Source: Cyanophyceae cyanobacterium (lineage in GTDB: Bacteria > Cyanobacteriota > Cyanobacteriia > Cyanobacteriales > Laspinemataceae). From it: a stretch of 44,558 nucleotides of DNA. Positions 19,711 to 29,766 of this stretch are shown here, in pieces. A program made the position numbers and the translations under genes. Below the pieces are notes generated by a model, which did not search any database, was not told the DNA's origin, and worked only from the letters and a program-made list of their open reading frames with translations. The DNA lies in contig JBBQFN010000039.1 in NCBI GenBank assembly GCA_038321985.1, positions 1 to 44,558 of the forward strand, given 5' to 3'. How positions within the stretch are numbered: position 1 is the stretch's first letter; every line of letters starts with the position of its first letter.

Positions 19711-20685
19711 TTATAACCAAGGACGAGTAACTTGTTCTAACTGTGCCACTTCATCCCCGGTTAATTGCCACCCTAAGGCCCCGGCATTTTGTCGCGACTG
19801 TTCCGCTGTTTTTGCCCCGGGAATAGGGATTACCCCCCCTTGCGCAATCAGCCAATTGAGAGCAACTTGAGCCGGAGTTTTGCCATAGTTTTGACCCAAT
19901 TGGCGCAGCAGATCTAAGAGGGGGGAAATTTGTCGTAACCCTTCGGGTTTAAACTTAGAATCCCACTGGCGAGGTCCACTGGGTGGGGGATTTTGTGGGG
20001 TGTACTTACCTGTGAGCAATCCTTGAGATAAGGGACTATATGCTAAAATTGTTATGCCTAATTCCTGGGCAGTTTTGATAATTCCCTGGGTTTCTACCTG
20101 ACGAGATAATAAGGAATAACGTACCTGATTGACGGCTAAGGGAATGCCCCGTTTGGATAAAATAGCATGAGCTTCGCGCATTTGGATCGCGGAATAATTG
20201 CTGACTCCAACGGTTTGAACTCTGCCGCGCTCGACTTCATCGGCTAAGGCATTCATTAGGGTTTCTTGGCTCATTAAGAAGGTAAAAGGCCAATGCACCT
20301 GATAAAGTGCGACTTGAGTTACTTGCAGGCGATCGAGACTGGCGGTAAGCGCCTCAGCAACAGAATCGGCTGTAAACCGCCAAGGTAAAGGGCCGTATTT
20401 TGTGGCAATTTGTACAGGGGTTTCGGTTTCTTGGATGAATTGGCCCAGGAGTTGTTCTGATTTGCCTAGTCCATAGACTTCTGCGGTATCAAAAAAAGTA
20501 ATTCCGGCTTTTACAGCCGCATGAAATGCCTCCTGTACCTGGGTCGCACCGTAGTCTTTTCCATAATTCCAAAATAGAGTATCTCCCCAGGACCATGCGC
20601 CAATACCGAGGCGGGGAACAGTTGGTCCATTGTTTCCTAATTGAATTGATTCCACGTTTCTTAAACCCTGAATCTTTGATTGCAC
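19711..20685 (-). CDS. Aldo/keto reductase
   Basis: LGIGAWSWG, FFDTAEVYG, IATK, YQVHWP, VGVSNY, AYSPL, IPIPGAK; start may be GTG 20655. Confidence 0.93.
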   Translation of the reverse strand: MQSKIQGLRNVESIQLGNNGPTVPRLGIGAWSWGDTLFWNYGKDYGATQVQEAFHAAVKAGITFFDTAEVYGLGKSEQLLGQFIQETETPVQIATKYGPLPWRFTADSVAEALTASLDRLQVTQVALYQVHWPFTFLMSQETLMNALADEVERGRVQTVGVSNYSAIQMREAHAILSKRGIPLAVNQVRYSLLSRQVETQGIIKTAQELGITILAYSPLSQGLLTGKYTPQNPPPSGPRQWDSKFKPEGLRQISPLLDLLRQLGQNYGKTPAQVALNWLIAQGGVIPIPGAKTAEQSRQNAGALGWQLTGDEVAQLEQVTRPWL

Positions 20686-20703
20686 TCTTATTGTAATGGG
20701 GAA

Positions 20704-23700
20704 TTACCAAGGGCTGCCGATGAGGGTGAAAACGGACCAAAAATAGGGATGTTTGAAATTATGGGTTTGATTTGCATTGATCCCATCCGATCGCAAGGAA
20801 AGGTTTTCCTCTTCTGAGTACAGGCGATCGCCTTCAAAGCGGACTCTTCCCTCTAACATGGCAATCTGTGCCTGTCGTAGGGCTTCAGCTTTAATAGGTG
20901 CCGTTTTTAGGTTACGGTACAACTCCGTCATCAGGGCTAAGGTTCCTTCATCGCTAACGTAAGTCAAACTGGCGATCGCAGTTTTTGCCCCAATTCGTAC
21001 CGCTAATCCAGCGAACCCTAACTCGGCTTCTAAACTCCCAACTGCCGTGCGACAGGCACTTAAAACTAACAGATCCACCGGCGGATCGTTCCAGTTTAAA
21101 TCCCGCATTTCTTGTAAATTCAAGGGTCCGTCCCAAAGTTGGATATAAGATTGGCTGGGGTCACCGGCATTAAATTGTCCATGAGTGGCTAGATGGACTA
21201 CCTGAAAGGGTTGAGATGCCCGCTGAATTTTCAGGTTTTCTAAAGTAAATTCTTCATTTAAAAATGAGCTACCCTTCTCTAAAGTCTGAGTAATCATTTC
21301 TAATTCTAGGGGAACCGCAGGCAGATTGGATAAGTTACTCTTACTAAAAATGGAGGCTCCCATTGCTAAAACTGGGAAGTTGCGGATATCCTGATAGCGC
21401 ATATCGATTAAGTTCACACTGGGAATTAAGCCGAGGCGATAGTTTTCAACTAAAAATTTCTCTCCATCGTGTAAAGCAGCAATGGGAAGGGTGCGTAATC
21501 CCGCGTCCATTGAAAAAGCAAGGGTATCAATTTGTTCGGCTTCTAATTCTAAAGCAATTGGGGCAATTAGCCATTGATAAAGTTGCTGGGCTGGAGCTAA
21601 ATAAGTGGTCCTATTTAACCGTTTTGGGTCGGTGATTTGGGCGGACAAATTTCGGACTGTGGATAATAGGACTTCTTGGTTCGCTTCGGGAATGACCCGG
21701 TGTATAGGTTGACCTTTGGGGGTGACTAAGAGCAAATCTAAGCGATCGCCCCGGGATAGAACATAAACAATGGCTGGATTTGTCCCCGTTTCCTGGGAAA
21801 TATTTCGCAACTTTTCAATAATTTCTTCAAAAGAAAGTAATCCTAAGCCTAAATCTTCTTGAAAATAGCTTTCAAACTCGGATTGGCGGAGTCCTTCAAT
21901 TTTTTCGATGGTGGCGGGAAGATTTTCATCCCTTTGGTTGAGGAAATTATCTAGAGTTAATCGAGCATTTGCAACCCGGTCATTGGGTAAAATTCGGCTA
22001 TCCAACTGGCGATTTTCAAGCTGAATCAAGGGTTGCGCTTCTGGGGGTCTTTCTAGCTGAGTTTGTAATAAAGTTTCGGGTAACTCTACGGAGGGAGAAG
22101 ACGGGGGTTCAGAAATCGGTGCCGGGGGAATAAAGACTGGGGGTTCAACGGCAGCAGAAACCAAGGAAATATTTCCTTGAGTAAACGAAAAGGGAAACGA
22201 CTGTTCTGGAACAATGATATTATTTCCCGCAGTTCTAATGGCAGCAAGGGTGCCATTCAGTTCGGCATTACCTATGATAAAAGGAGCTTGAGCGATCGCA
22301 CTGCCATGACTAATTTTAATTTTTCCTTCCTCGGTTAAACCGGCAGCGGAAATACTAATGTTAGGGGAATTTTCATCAAGTAAGACATCAGTCGCCCGGA
22401 AAAAGCGCCCGGTGAGAATCTCGACGGTTCCTCCGGTGCTTCCTTGGGCGGTAATTGACTGCACTTGAATATCGCCGGGTGCCTTTAAAGTGATATCTCC
22501 TGCTGCTCGTTCTGTGGCATTGGTAGCGATTGTGCCAGTTTGAATTCCGGGTGCCAAGGGTTGCCCAACCAGACTCTGACAAGACTCACAGGTAGAAATT
22601 GATACGGTACCACCCCCAAACAATCCCGAGGTATTAATATCGTCCGTGATAATGCGATCGCCGGTACTGGTGAGGGTAATGTCTCCCCCACTACCCCTGG
22701 TTGTTGAGGTAGTCAGGATGCCGGTGGTAATTTCTCGTCCAGCAGTCACTTTCAGGGTTCCCTCTTCCGATGTCACATCCCCAGTAGTGACAAAACTATT
22801 GGTACTGGTGAGAGTCATTTGGCCCGGATTAGCGGTGATATTCCCGACTGTAATTTGCTCCGTCGCATTCAGTTCTAAAACCGGGGTCGTTGGGTCGGAG
22901 TTCGCAGATACCAAGGTGACATCTTGGAGGGCGATCGGCCCGGAACTATTCACCCTCAGGCGATTAGCTGTAATCAGCTCAGATGCGGTCATGGCGGTAG
23001 TTTCCTCAATGGCGATCGCCCCTAATGCGCCCCCTTCTGCACCTCCGACTTCCCGGGCAAAAATGAGACTGCCTGCTGTATTCAGAGTGAGAGATTGTGC
23101 CGCATTCTCCTGACTATTGAGGGTATTATTAAACGTAATCAAACTGCCAGGAGTCAAGGTACTCAGGCGGATATCATTGCCGAGGATTACCGCGCTATTC
23201 AGAATAATATTCCCTTGAGCAATAATATCACTGGATAGGGTTAAAACATCCGCCACAATGTCCAAACTCCCCAGGGGAATCTCACTGCCGACAGGTTGTT
23301 TTACTTCAACCGTACCCAACGGCGAACTGACATTTAGCTGCCGTTCCCCATCGATCGTGCCATTAAATGTTATATTACTCGCTGCCAAGGTAACATCTGC
23401 ATTCAAAAAGATATTTCCAAAGGTGAGGTTTCCTTCGGTACTGACATCGGCACTCACCCGAGTAGCGCCTGCGGTATCAATATTGATGGTCGCATTATCC
23501 GAAAGGGTGATGTTTCCAGCGATCTCTGTCGCACCTTGTCCTTGGGGCGATCGCAGGGTGACTGGATCGCTGAAATCCACAACGCCAGCAATGCTAATCA
23601 GTCCGGTGCTATCCGGGGCCCCAATAATAATCGAATTAAACCCATCCTCTAGAACCGCTAAATCCGCCACAGTCAGATCTAAAACCGTATTCCCACTATC

Positions 23701-25611
23701 ACTCCCACTGGATAAGGCTATATTTTGGTTCGGATTTCTCGGTTGTAGGGTTAAAATCCCACTGCCTGTCACTGTGCCATTCAAATCAATTTCGTTACCC
23801 GTCAGGGTAATATTGCCACTGCCACTGTTGACAATTCCCACAGTGAGAGTATTGCCGGCATCTAGGTTAATATTGCCATTAACCGTCGTTCCTAATGAGA
23901 TAAGTTCTCCGGCAGTAATAATATTTCCGGTACGACTCAGGAGGGAAATATCCCCGCCGTTAGTTGTGAGATTTCCGGTAATAATATCAGCACTTGCGGA
24001 GAGAATCGCCGGACCTCCAGCGGTGGTAATATTATTGACCGTAATGCTGCCTCGGCTGAAACTCTCACTAGCGGAGAACACCGTATCGCCGATCGCCTGA
24101 TCCGGGGGAACATTGGCAACATTAAATAGACTCCCTTCCCCCGCACGCAGGATCACTGAGGGACTGCTGGTGAGAATAGCAATATCCGGATCAGAACCCG
24201 TCAGGGAGGTGTCCGGTTGGGTGATATTAATACTAACCCCGATAATGCTACCCCCTGCCTCAACTTTCAGGGACGCGCCGGTATAGTCGCCAAAAGTCAC
24301 ATCCCCATTTGAAGTCACAATCGGGTCAAAGAAACTAACCAGAGTCCCTGGTTCCCCCGATAAAGTGCGGATTGCAAAATTTCCTCCCGCCGCAAAGTGA
24401 GAATCTCCCGAAATTGGGCCATCACTCACTAACGTTATATCACCCAAGGCCCGAAAGGGTTCAAATTGAAACTTGACCGCATCCACCGACGCGATAGAAT
24501 CCAAAGCTAAAATATCAATCGCGCGATCGCCTCTCAAGGATAAATTTCCCCCTGAGTTGGCAATAAAGGGTCGTTCCAGGCTATCCCGGACTCGCACCGT
24601 ATCCCCAGCCCTAAGCTGTAAATCTCCAGTGGCTTGTAACGTGCTTTCTGTCAAAGTGAGAACTTTGTGAGCCGAAATCGAGACAGTTTCTGCGGTTAAG
24701 TGAGCTTGAGCCGTTGCCACATCTCCCGATTCTATTCCTAGTCCCGAACCCACTAATTCAACCGTTCCATCAGCATTAATATGAACATTCGTAACATGAG
24801 AGGCATCCCCACCCGTCAGTAAATTAGGTAAAGAAAGTGGCGTAATCGGATATGCCGAAGCTACCTCTAAACTGAGGAGATGATGGAGTTGAGAAAGGCG
24901 TACCAGACTCGAACCGGGAACTGTTGCCATTGTAATTGCCCCCTCCGGTGCGGCGATCGCCCCGCCATTCAAAATCGTCCCCCCAACCAGGGTTAAATCT
25001 TGCCCCGGCAACACTGTTAAATTCCCCAAATTAATCATCCCCGCCGGCTGTAGGGTTTCAAACACCAAAGTGCTGGGTGTTCCCACTAAAGCCAGATAAT
25101 TATTCCCCCCAACTGCATTAAACCAACCCTCATCAAATCCCATCCCCGTTGCCGTTGTTGCCAGAAAAGAACCGGGGATATTGAGACTGGCATTGGGTCC
25201 AAAAACTATACCAGCAGGATTCATTAAATAGAGATTAGACTGGCCTCCAGTGACCTGAATTAGTCCATTAATATAAGATGGATTACCGCCATTAATCCGT
25301 CCCAAAATATTAAAAATTCCCGGATTAGAAATAAAATTAGCAATTTCAGTAGGATTCAGTCCAAATTGAGTAAAACTATGAAACAGATTCCGGCCATCGG
25401 AGGACTGCTGACCCCCAGTGATATCGTAACGGTTGCCCTGGGGTGTAACAAGGGTCTCAGTTCCATCAACTGCGGGGGCGATCGGCTCAGAGTGGGCGCT
25501 TAAAGCAGAAAACAAAACCGCCAAGGGTCCGATGAAAAGACTAATAAAGAGTGCTTGTGGGTTGAATCCACCCGGGTTTTGTAGTTTGGATTTTGTTCGA
25601 TTCATTACCAT
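20704..25611 (-). CDS. Filamentous haemagglutinin (TPS domain) protein with C-terminal CHAT caspase-like protease
   Basis: Signal peptide, NLFHSFTQF and YLMNPAGIVFG TPS motifs, Gly/Thr beta-helix repeats, CHAT VHLATHG / LVLSACRT / HPYFWS; GGAGG before ATG 25611. Confidence 0.92.
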   Translation of the reverse strand: MVMNRTKSKLQNPGGFNPQALFISLFIGPLAVLFSALSAHSEPIAPAVDGTETLVTPQGNRYDITGGQQSSDGRNLFHSFTQFGLNPTEIANFISNPGIFNILGRINGGNPSYINGLIQVTGGQSNLYLMNPAGIVFGPNASLNIPGSFLATTATGMGFDEGWFNAVGGNNYLALVGTPSTLVFETLQPAGMINLGNLTVLPGQDLTLVGGTILNGGAIAAPEGAITMATVPGSSLVRLSQLHHLLSLEVASAYPITPLSLPNLLTGGDASHVTNVHINADGTVELVGSGLGIESGDVATAQAHLTAETVSISAHKVLTLTESTLQATGDLQLRAGDTVRVRDSLERPFIANSGGNLSLRGDRAIDILALDSIASVDAVKFQFEPFRALGDITLVSDGPISGDSHFAAGGNFAIRTLSGEPGTLVSFFDPIVTSNGDVTFGDYTGASLKVEAGGSIIGVSINITQPDTSLTGSDPDIAILTSSPSVILRAGEGSLFNVANVPPDQAIGDTVFSASESFSRGSITVNNITTAGGPAILSASADIITGNLTTNGGDISLLSRTGNIITAGELISLGTTVNGNINLDAGNTLTVGIVNSGSGNITLTGNEIDLNGTVTGSGILTLQPRNPNQNIALSSGSDSGNTVLDLTVADLAVLEDGFNSIIIGAPDSTGLISIAGVVDFSDPVTLRSPQGQGATEIAGNITLSDNATINIDTAGATRVSADVSTEGNLTFGNIFLNADVTLAASNITFNGTIDGERQLNVSSPLGTVEVKQPVGSEIPLGSLDIVADVLTLSSDIIAQGNIILNSAVILGNDIRLSTLTPGSLITFNNTLNSQENAAQSLTLNTAGSLIFAREVGGAEGGALGAIAIEETTAMTASELITANRLRVNSSGPIALQDVTLVSANSDPTTPVLELNATEQITVGNITANPGQMTLTSTNSFVTTGDVTSEEGTLKVTAGREITTGILTTSTTRGSGGDITLTSTGDRIITDDINTSGLFGGGTVSISTCESCQSLVGQPLAPGIQTGTIATNATERAAGDITLKAPGDIQVQSITAQGSTGGTVEILTGRFFRATDVLLDENSPNISISAAGLTEEGKIKISHGSAIAQAPFIIGNAELNGTLAAIRTAGNNIIVPEQSFPFSFTQGNISLVSAAVEPPVFIPPAPISEPPSSPSVELPETLLQTQLERPPEAQPLIQLENRQLDSRILPNDRVANARLTLDNFLNQRDENLPATIEKIEGLRQSEFESYFQEDLGLGLLSFEEIIEKLRNISQETGTNPAIVYVLSRGDRLDLLLVTPKGQPIHRVIPEANQEVLLSTVRNLSAQITDPKRLNRTTYLAPAQQLYQWLIAPIALELEAEQIDTLAFSMDAGLRTLPIAALHDGEKFLVENYRLGLIPSVNLIDMRYQDIRNFPVLAMGASIFSKSNLSNLPAVPLELEMITQTLEKGSSFLNEEFTLENLKIQRASQPFQVVHLATHGQFNAGDPSQSYIQLWDGPLNLQEMRDLNWNDPPVDLLVLSACRTAVGSLEAELGFAGLAVRIGAKTAIASLTYVSDEGTLALMTELYRNLKTAPIKAEALRQAQIAMLEGRVRFEGDRLYSEEENLSLRSDGINANQTHNFKHPYFWSVFTLIGSPW

Positions 25612-25651
25612 TATTGCCTCCCAGAGTTGACCAGCACTTTGTTTACACAAA

Positions 25652-25905
25652 TATAGCAGTTTTTAATCCATTCGGATAGTTCGTTGGACCTTTACAGAGA
25701 GTATCTCTACTTATCGATGCCCAGGCCTGGACAAAGCCTGGATCCGCAAATCCAGGGGAGAGGATTTAGACGCTTAATAGTAGCGTTTTTCGGATTCATA
25801 GGATGCAGATATTTGGAGGAGTGCGAGCAAGATGCTGGCTTGGGACAATAGCGAGCATCTTGCTCGCCCTCCAAAATTTACTTCATCACCGTGGAAACTG
25901 CTATA
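25652..25905. repeat. REP/MITE-like palindromic element
   Basis: Outer perfect 11-bp IR TATAGCAGTTT / AAACTGCTATA; inner perfect 14-bp IR GCGAGCAAGATGCT (25823-36) / AGCATCTTGCTCGC (25854-67) flanked by TTTGGAGG / CCTCCAAA. Confidence 0.55.
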
Positions 25906-26157
25906 GTAACGCCACCCTAACTTAATCGGATTGAAACCTAGTAACTCTATTAATAAAAATCAAACCTCTCCAGAAATGGGCTTTTCTAACTTAGTTTTAT
26001 TTGAAAGGATTTGACACCCTTTAATACTATGGCTTTCCGATGATCCTTAAGCTCAACTAAATTGATAATCTTGTTTATTCAAATCGAATCTCTTCAAGCC
26101 AATGTTGTTCCTCCTGTCAAGAGGCAATTTTTTGGCGGGGATGAGTCCCCCAGATAT

Positions 26158-26238
26158 TAGACCTCTTGCCAACTTCTAAAAGGCCCTCCTTGGAAAAGAG
26201 GATTGGGGGGAACACTCCCGTATTCCCCAAGAAGTCTA
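26158..26238. repeat. Short dispersed element bounded by TAGACCTCTTG / CAAGAAGTCTA
   Basis: 11-bp terminal IR with one mismatch, enclosing GC-rich small hairpins. Confidence 0.45.
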
Positions 26239-26450
26239 TTGCATTACTTCCCTAACTTTTTAAAGATTTATGAACAAGAGATGACATTGCTATCTTGAAA
26301 AGGTATAATCACACCGGAGCTAGAGAGAATATTTCTACCGACACTAATTCTGATGGAAAACATCTGTCCTGATTCCTAGGGATTGGGGAACGGCCAAAGG
26401 CCAAACTGCTCCACAAACCGCTAGTCATCCCACCAAGAGAGAGCACTCCT

Positions 26451-29225
26451 ATGATCGTTATTCAAGGTACACTGTTCGATGATAGCCTAGTCGAAACCCT
26501 GGACAACAACTATGGCGGCGCAAATGATGATATCTTAATCGGAGCATGGGGCAGCGAGCGCCTATATCGACCGGGTGATACCTTCCCAGGTAAGCGACCG
26601 GGTGATACCTTCCCGGGTAATCGACCGGGTGATACCTTCCCGGGTAATCGACCGGGTGATACCTTCCCAGGTAAGCGACCGGGTGATACCTTCCCAGGTA
26701 AGCGACCGGGTGATACCTTCCCGGGTAACCAGGCCCCTACAAATCTTATTCTTTCCAATACCAGCATTGCCGAAAACAGTGCTAACGGCGCAATGATTGC
26801 CGCCTTATCCACAGTGGATCCTGATGCCGGCGATACGCATACTTACAGCTTAATCGATAACGCGGGGGGACGGTTTACCCTCAGTGGCAATCAATTATCA
26901 GTTGCCAATGGCAGCTTACTCGATTTCGAGACAGCCGCGAATCATTTTATTATCCTGCAAACTACCGACTCGGCAGGGAACACATTTGATAAACCCTTTA
27001 CCATTAGCGTCACCGACGTTAACGAATCCCCCACGGATATAGCACTTACTGGAAGCAGTATTGATGAAAATAGCCCGAATGGGACAATCATCGGCGTTGT
27101 TTCCACCTCCGATTTAGATGCCGGAGATATCCATACTTACCGCTTAAGCGACACCGCAGGCGGACGGTTTGCGATAGAGGGGAATCAGTTAATTGTCGCC
27201 AATAGTAGCTTACTCGACTACGAAACCGCAACGCAACACAGCACCATCCTGCGGACGACGGATACGGGGGGGAACAGTTTTGAGAAAGCATTTACTATCA
27301 GTATTAGTGATGTTGATGAAACCATTCCTAATAATGCGCCCGCCGATATTATTTTGACGAATCTGACTCTTGCGGAAAATAGTGCCAACGGGACAGGTGT
27401 GGGAGATTTGACCACCGTTGACCGGGATGCGGGGGATACCCACAGTTACTCGTTAGTGGATGATGCCGCAGGACGGTTTGTCCTATCGGGAGCGCAAATA
27501 ACTGTAGCCGATAGTACCTTATTAGATTATGAAGTAAACCAAACTCATCCTATAACGGTTCGGACTACGGATGCGGGAGGATTAACCTTTGATAAAACCT
27601 TTACCCTATCCGTGGCGAATCTAAATGAAACGCCAACGGATATAGGAGTCTCGAATACAGTAGTAGATAAGAATAGTAGCAATGGGACGGCGATCGGGAA
27701 TATTACCAGCACCGACCCGGATATGGGAGACACTCACACTTATGCGTTAGTAGATAATGCCGGAGGACGGTTTGGGATATCAGGAAATCAGCTAACCGTA
27801 GCGGATAGTACATTATTAGACTATGAAACGGCAACCAGTCATCCGATTATCCTGCGTAGTACCGATGCGGGGGGTCTGAGCATTGATCAAAACTTTGTCA
27901 TTACTCTGAACAATAATATCAATGACCCGCCAGTATTGGTCATGAACTCACCCCTAAGCGTGACTCAACGGGGGATAGCGGGGATTACCAATAGTTTACT
28001 CCAAGTCACGGACCCAGATAACACCCCAGGACAACTCACTTATACCCTGGTCAATGCACCGACCAACGGACAGCTTAAGTTGGATAGTACCCCCCTGTTT
28101 GTCAATGATACCTTTACCCAAGCTGATATTGACAGCAACCGCCTGAGCTACACGCACGGCTTAATTCAACTGACGAATCGTAGCATCACTAACTCCTATC
28201 CCGAAATATCAGGGTCTAACGTGGTTTGGACAGGTTGGGATGGTACAGACTACGAGATCTACTTTTATGATGGAACTAGCACGACCCAACTGACAAATAA
28301 TAGCATTGAGGACCAGAATCCCCGAATATCAGGGTCTAACGTGGTTTGGTCTGGCTATGACGGCAACGACTGGGAGATCTACTTTTACGATGGAAATAGC
28401 ACTACCCAACTGACAAATAATAGCGTTGAGGACTACAATCCCGAAATATCAGGATCTAACGTGGTTTGGTCCGGCTATGATGCTACTGGAGACCTGGAAA
28501 TATTCTTTTATGATGGAAACAGTACCACCCAACTGACGAATAATTACATTAATGACTTCTCTGCCAAAATATCAGGGTCTAACGTGGCTTGGCTAAGCGG
28601 TGCTCGCACAGACAGAGAGATCTACTTTTATGATGGAAATAACACCACCCAACTGACGAACAATAGAACTTATGACTATGCTCCCCAAATATCAGGGTCC
28701 AACGTGGTTTGGACAGGCGATGATGAGGCAGAGGATGGCATAGACACCGAGATCTACTTTTATGATGGAAATAGCACCACCCAACTGACGAATAATAACA
28801 CGGCTGACGGTGCCCCCCAAATATCAGGCTCTAACCTGGTTTACTCAAGCTGGGACGGCACAGATAGCGAGATATACTTTTACGATGGAAATAGCACCAC
28901 CCAACTGACGAATAATAGCACTGGTGACTCCTCTCCCCACATATCTGGCTCTAACGTAGTTTGGTACGGCGGGGATGGCACAGGCAGAGAGATCTACTTT
29001 CATGATGGCAATAGCACAACCCAAGTGACCAATAATAACACTTATGACTCCTATTTCCAAATATCAGGGTCTAACGTGGTTTGGCAAGGCTGGGATGGCA
29101 CAGACACCCACATATATTTCTCTCCTATGGCGCGGACATTGATGAGTGATAGCTTGATGTTTACGGTATCCGATGGAATCGGTGGGGTGTTGGGGGCTAC
29201 AAGCTTTAATGTCAATGTGATCTAA
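26451..29225 (+). CDS. Surface/adhesin-like protein: 9-aa repeats, four cadherin repeats, cadherin-like domain containing an 8-repeat beta-propeller
   Basis: Four copies of the pattern NxxPxDIxL..ENS..DxDAGDTHTY..GRF..LLDYE; VTDPDNT..FTQADIDSNRLSYTH and SDSLMFTVSDG; eight QLTNN..PxISGSNVVW..EIYFYDG repeats. Confidence 0.88.
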   Translation: MIVIQGTLFDDSLVETLDNNYGGANDDILIGAWGSERLYRPGDTFPGKRPGDTFPGNRPGDTFPGNRPGDTFPGKRPGDTFPGKRPGDTFPGNQAPTNLILSNTSIAENSANGAMIAALSTVDPDAGDTHTYSLIDNAGGRFTLSGNQLSVANGSLLDFETAANHFIILQTTDSAGNTFDKPFTISVTDVNESPTDIALTGSSIDENSPNGTIIGVVSTSDLDAGDIHTYRLSDTAGGRFAIEGNQLIVANSSLLDYETATQHSTILRTTDTGGNSFEKAFTISISDVDETIPNNAPADIILTNLTLAENSANGTGVGDLTTVDRDAGDTHSYSLVDDAAGRFVLSGAQITVADSTLLDYEVNQTHPITVRTTDAGGLTFDKTFTLSVANLNETPTDIGVSNTVVDKNSSNGTAIGNITSTDPDMGDTHTYALVDNAGGRFGISGNQLTVADSTLLDYETATSHPIILRSTDAGGLSIDQNFVITLNNNINDPPVLVMNSPLSVTQRGIAGITNSLLQVTDPDNTPGQLTYTLVNAPTNGQLKLDSTPLFVNDTFTQADIDSNRLSYTHGLIQLTNRSITNSYPEISGSNVVWTGWDGTDYEIYFYDGTSTTQLTNNSIEDQNPRISGSNVVWSGYDGNDWEIYFYDGNSTTQLTNNSVEDYNPEISGSNVVWSGYDATGDLEIFFYDGNSTTQLTNNYINDFSAKISGSNVAWLSGARTDREIYFYDGNNTTQLTNNRTYDYAPQISGSNVVWTGDDEAEDGIDTEIYFYDGNSTTQLTNNNTADGAPQISGSNLVYSSWDGTDSEIYFYDGNSTTQLTNNSTGDSSPHISGSNVVWYGGDGTGREIYFHDGNSTTQVTNNNTYDSYFQISGSNVVWQGWDGTDTHIYFSPMARTLMSDSLMFTVSDGIGGVLGATSFNVNVI
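26568..26729 (+). repeat. Six tandem 27-bp coding repeats (RPGDTFPG[K/N])
   Basis: Unit CGACCGGGTGATACCTTCCC(A/G)GGTAA(G/T/C) at 26568, 26595, 26622, 26649, 26676 and 26703. Confidence 0.97.
28167..29120 (+). repeat. Eight ~120-bp coding repeats (propeller blades)
   Basis: Recurrent ATATCAGGGTCTAACGTGGTTTGG and GAGATCTACTTTTATGATGGAAATAGCACCACCCAACTGAC blocks. Confidence 0.92.
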
Positions 29226-29285
29226 AGGTGTTATCTCCGATCGCCTCGCCGAGTTCTCTATTCCTGACTCACTTATCATCGGATG

Positions 29286-29330
29286 AAAATGCGATCGCCC
29301 TCTACTTTCTCACCGTAGTGATCGCATTTT
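29286..29330 (+). terminator. Terminator-like hairpin
   Basis: AAAATGCGATCGC / GTGATCGCATTTT followed by T. Confidence 0.45.
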
Positions 29331-29766
29331 TCTGGCTCACGCAGCATTCTAGGACTCTGGTTGTTGGTCTCACTTAACAACTAAAGAGGCGATCGCCTCT
29401 CTGGAATACTCCCCCAACCCTGAATTTAAATAGAAAATCCTCGAAAAAATCATGAAATTCTGCAAAAGTCAATACTTCTTAGATAGATTTTTGGTAAATA
29501 ATTCATTGTGATTTGAGACAAAAAAGTTTTCCGACTGGAAAAATTTAACGGATTGATTGGAATACGGATGACAGGGGAGGTGGAGATCGGGCATAACGGA
29601 GATAAGGATGGAGGGTTAATCCAATTGGGGATCCCAACAAAACAATGAGAACTTTGGGGCCATGAGTAGGGTTGTCATCCAGAAGCAATGAAACTTTATA
29701 AAGGCGATCGCCAACCGATTAACTAGGATATCATTTACACCGTTTTGCAAGGAGAATTCACCAATT

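Noticed and set aside
22646..24100. 155-aa and 280-aa plus-strand ORFs
   Set aside because: Antisense shadows of the Gly/Thr/Ile-rich haemagglutinin repeats.
26568..26729. 27-bp repeats as a CRISPR array
   Set aside because: Head-to-tail with no spacers, in frame within a CDS, and no cas genes.
28167..29120. A complete DGR or CRISPR-like array
   Set aside because: The repeats are continuous coding sequence; no RT, Avd or template repeat in the window.
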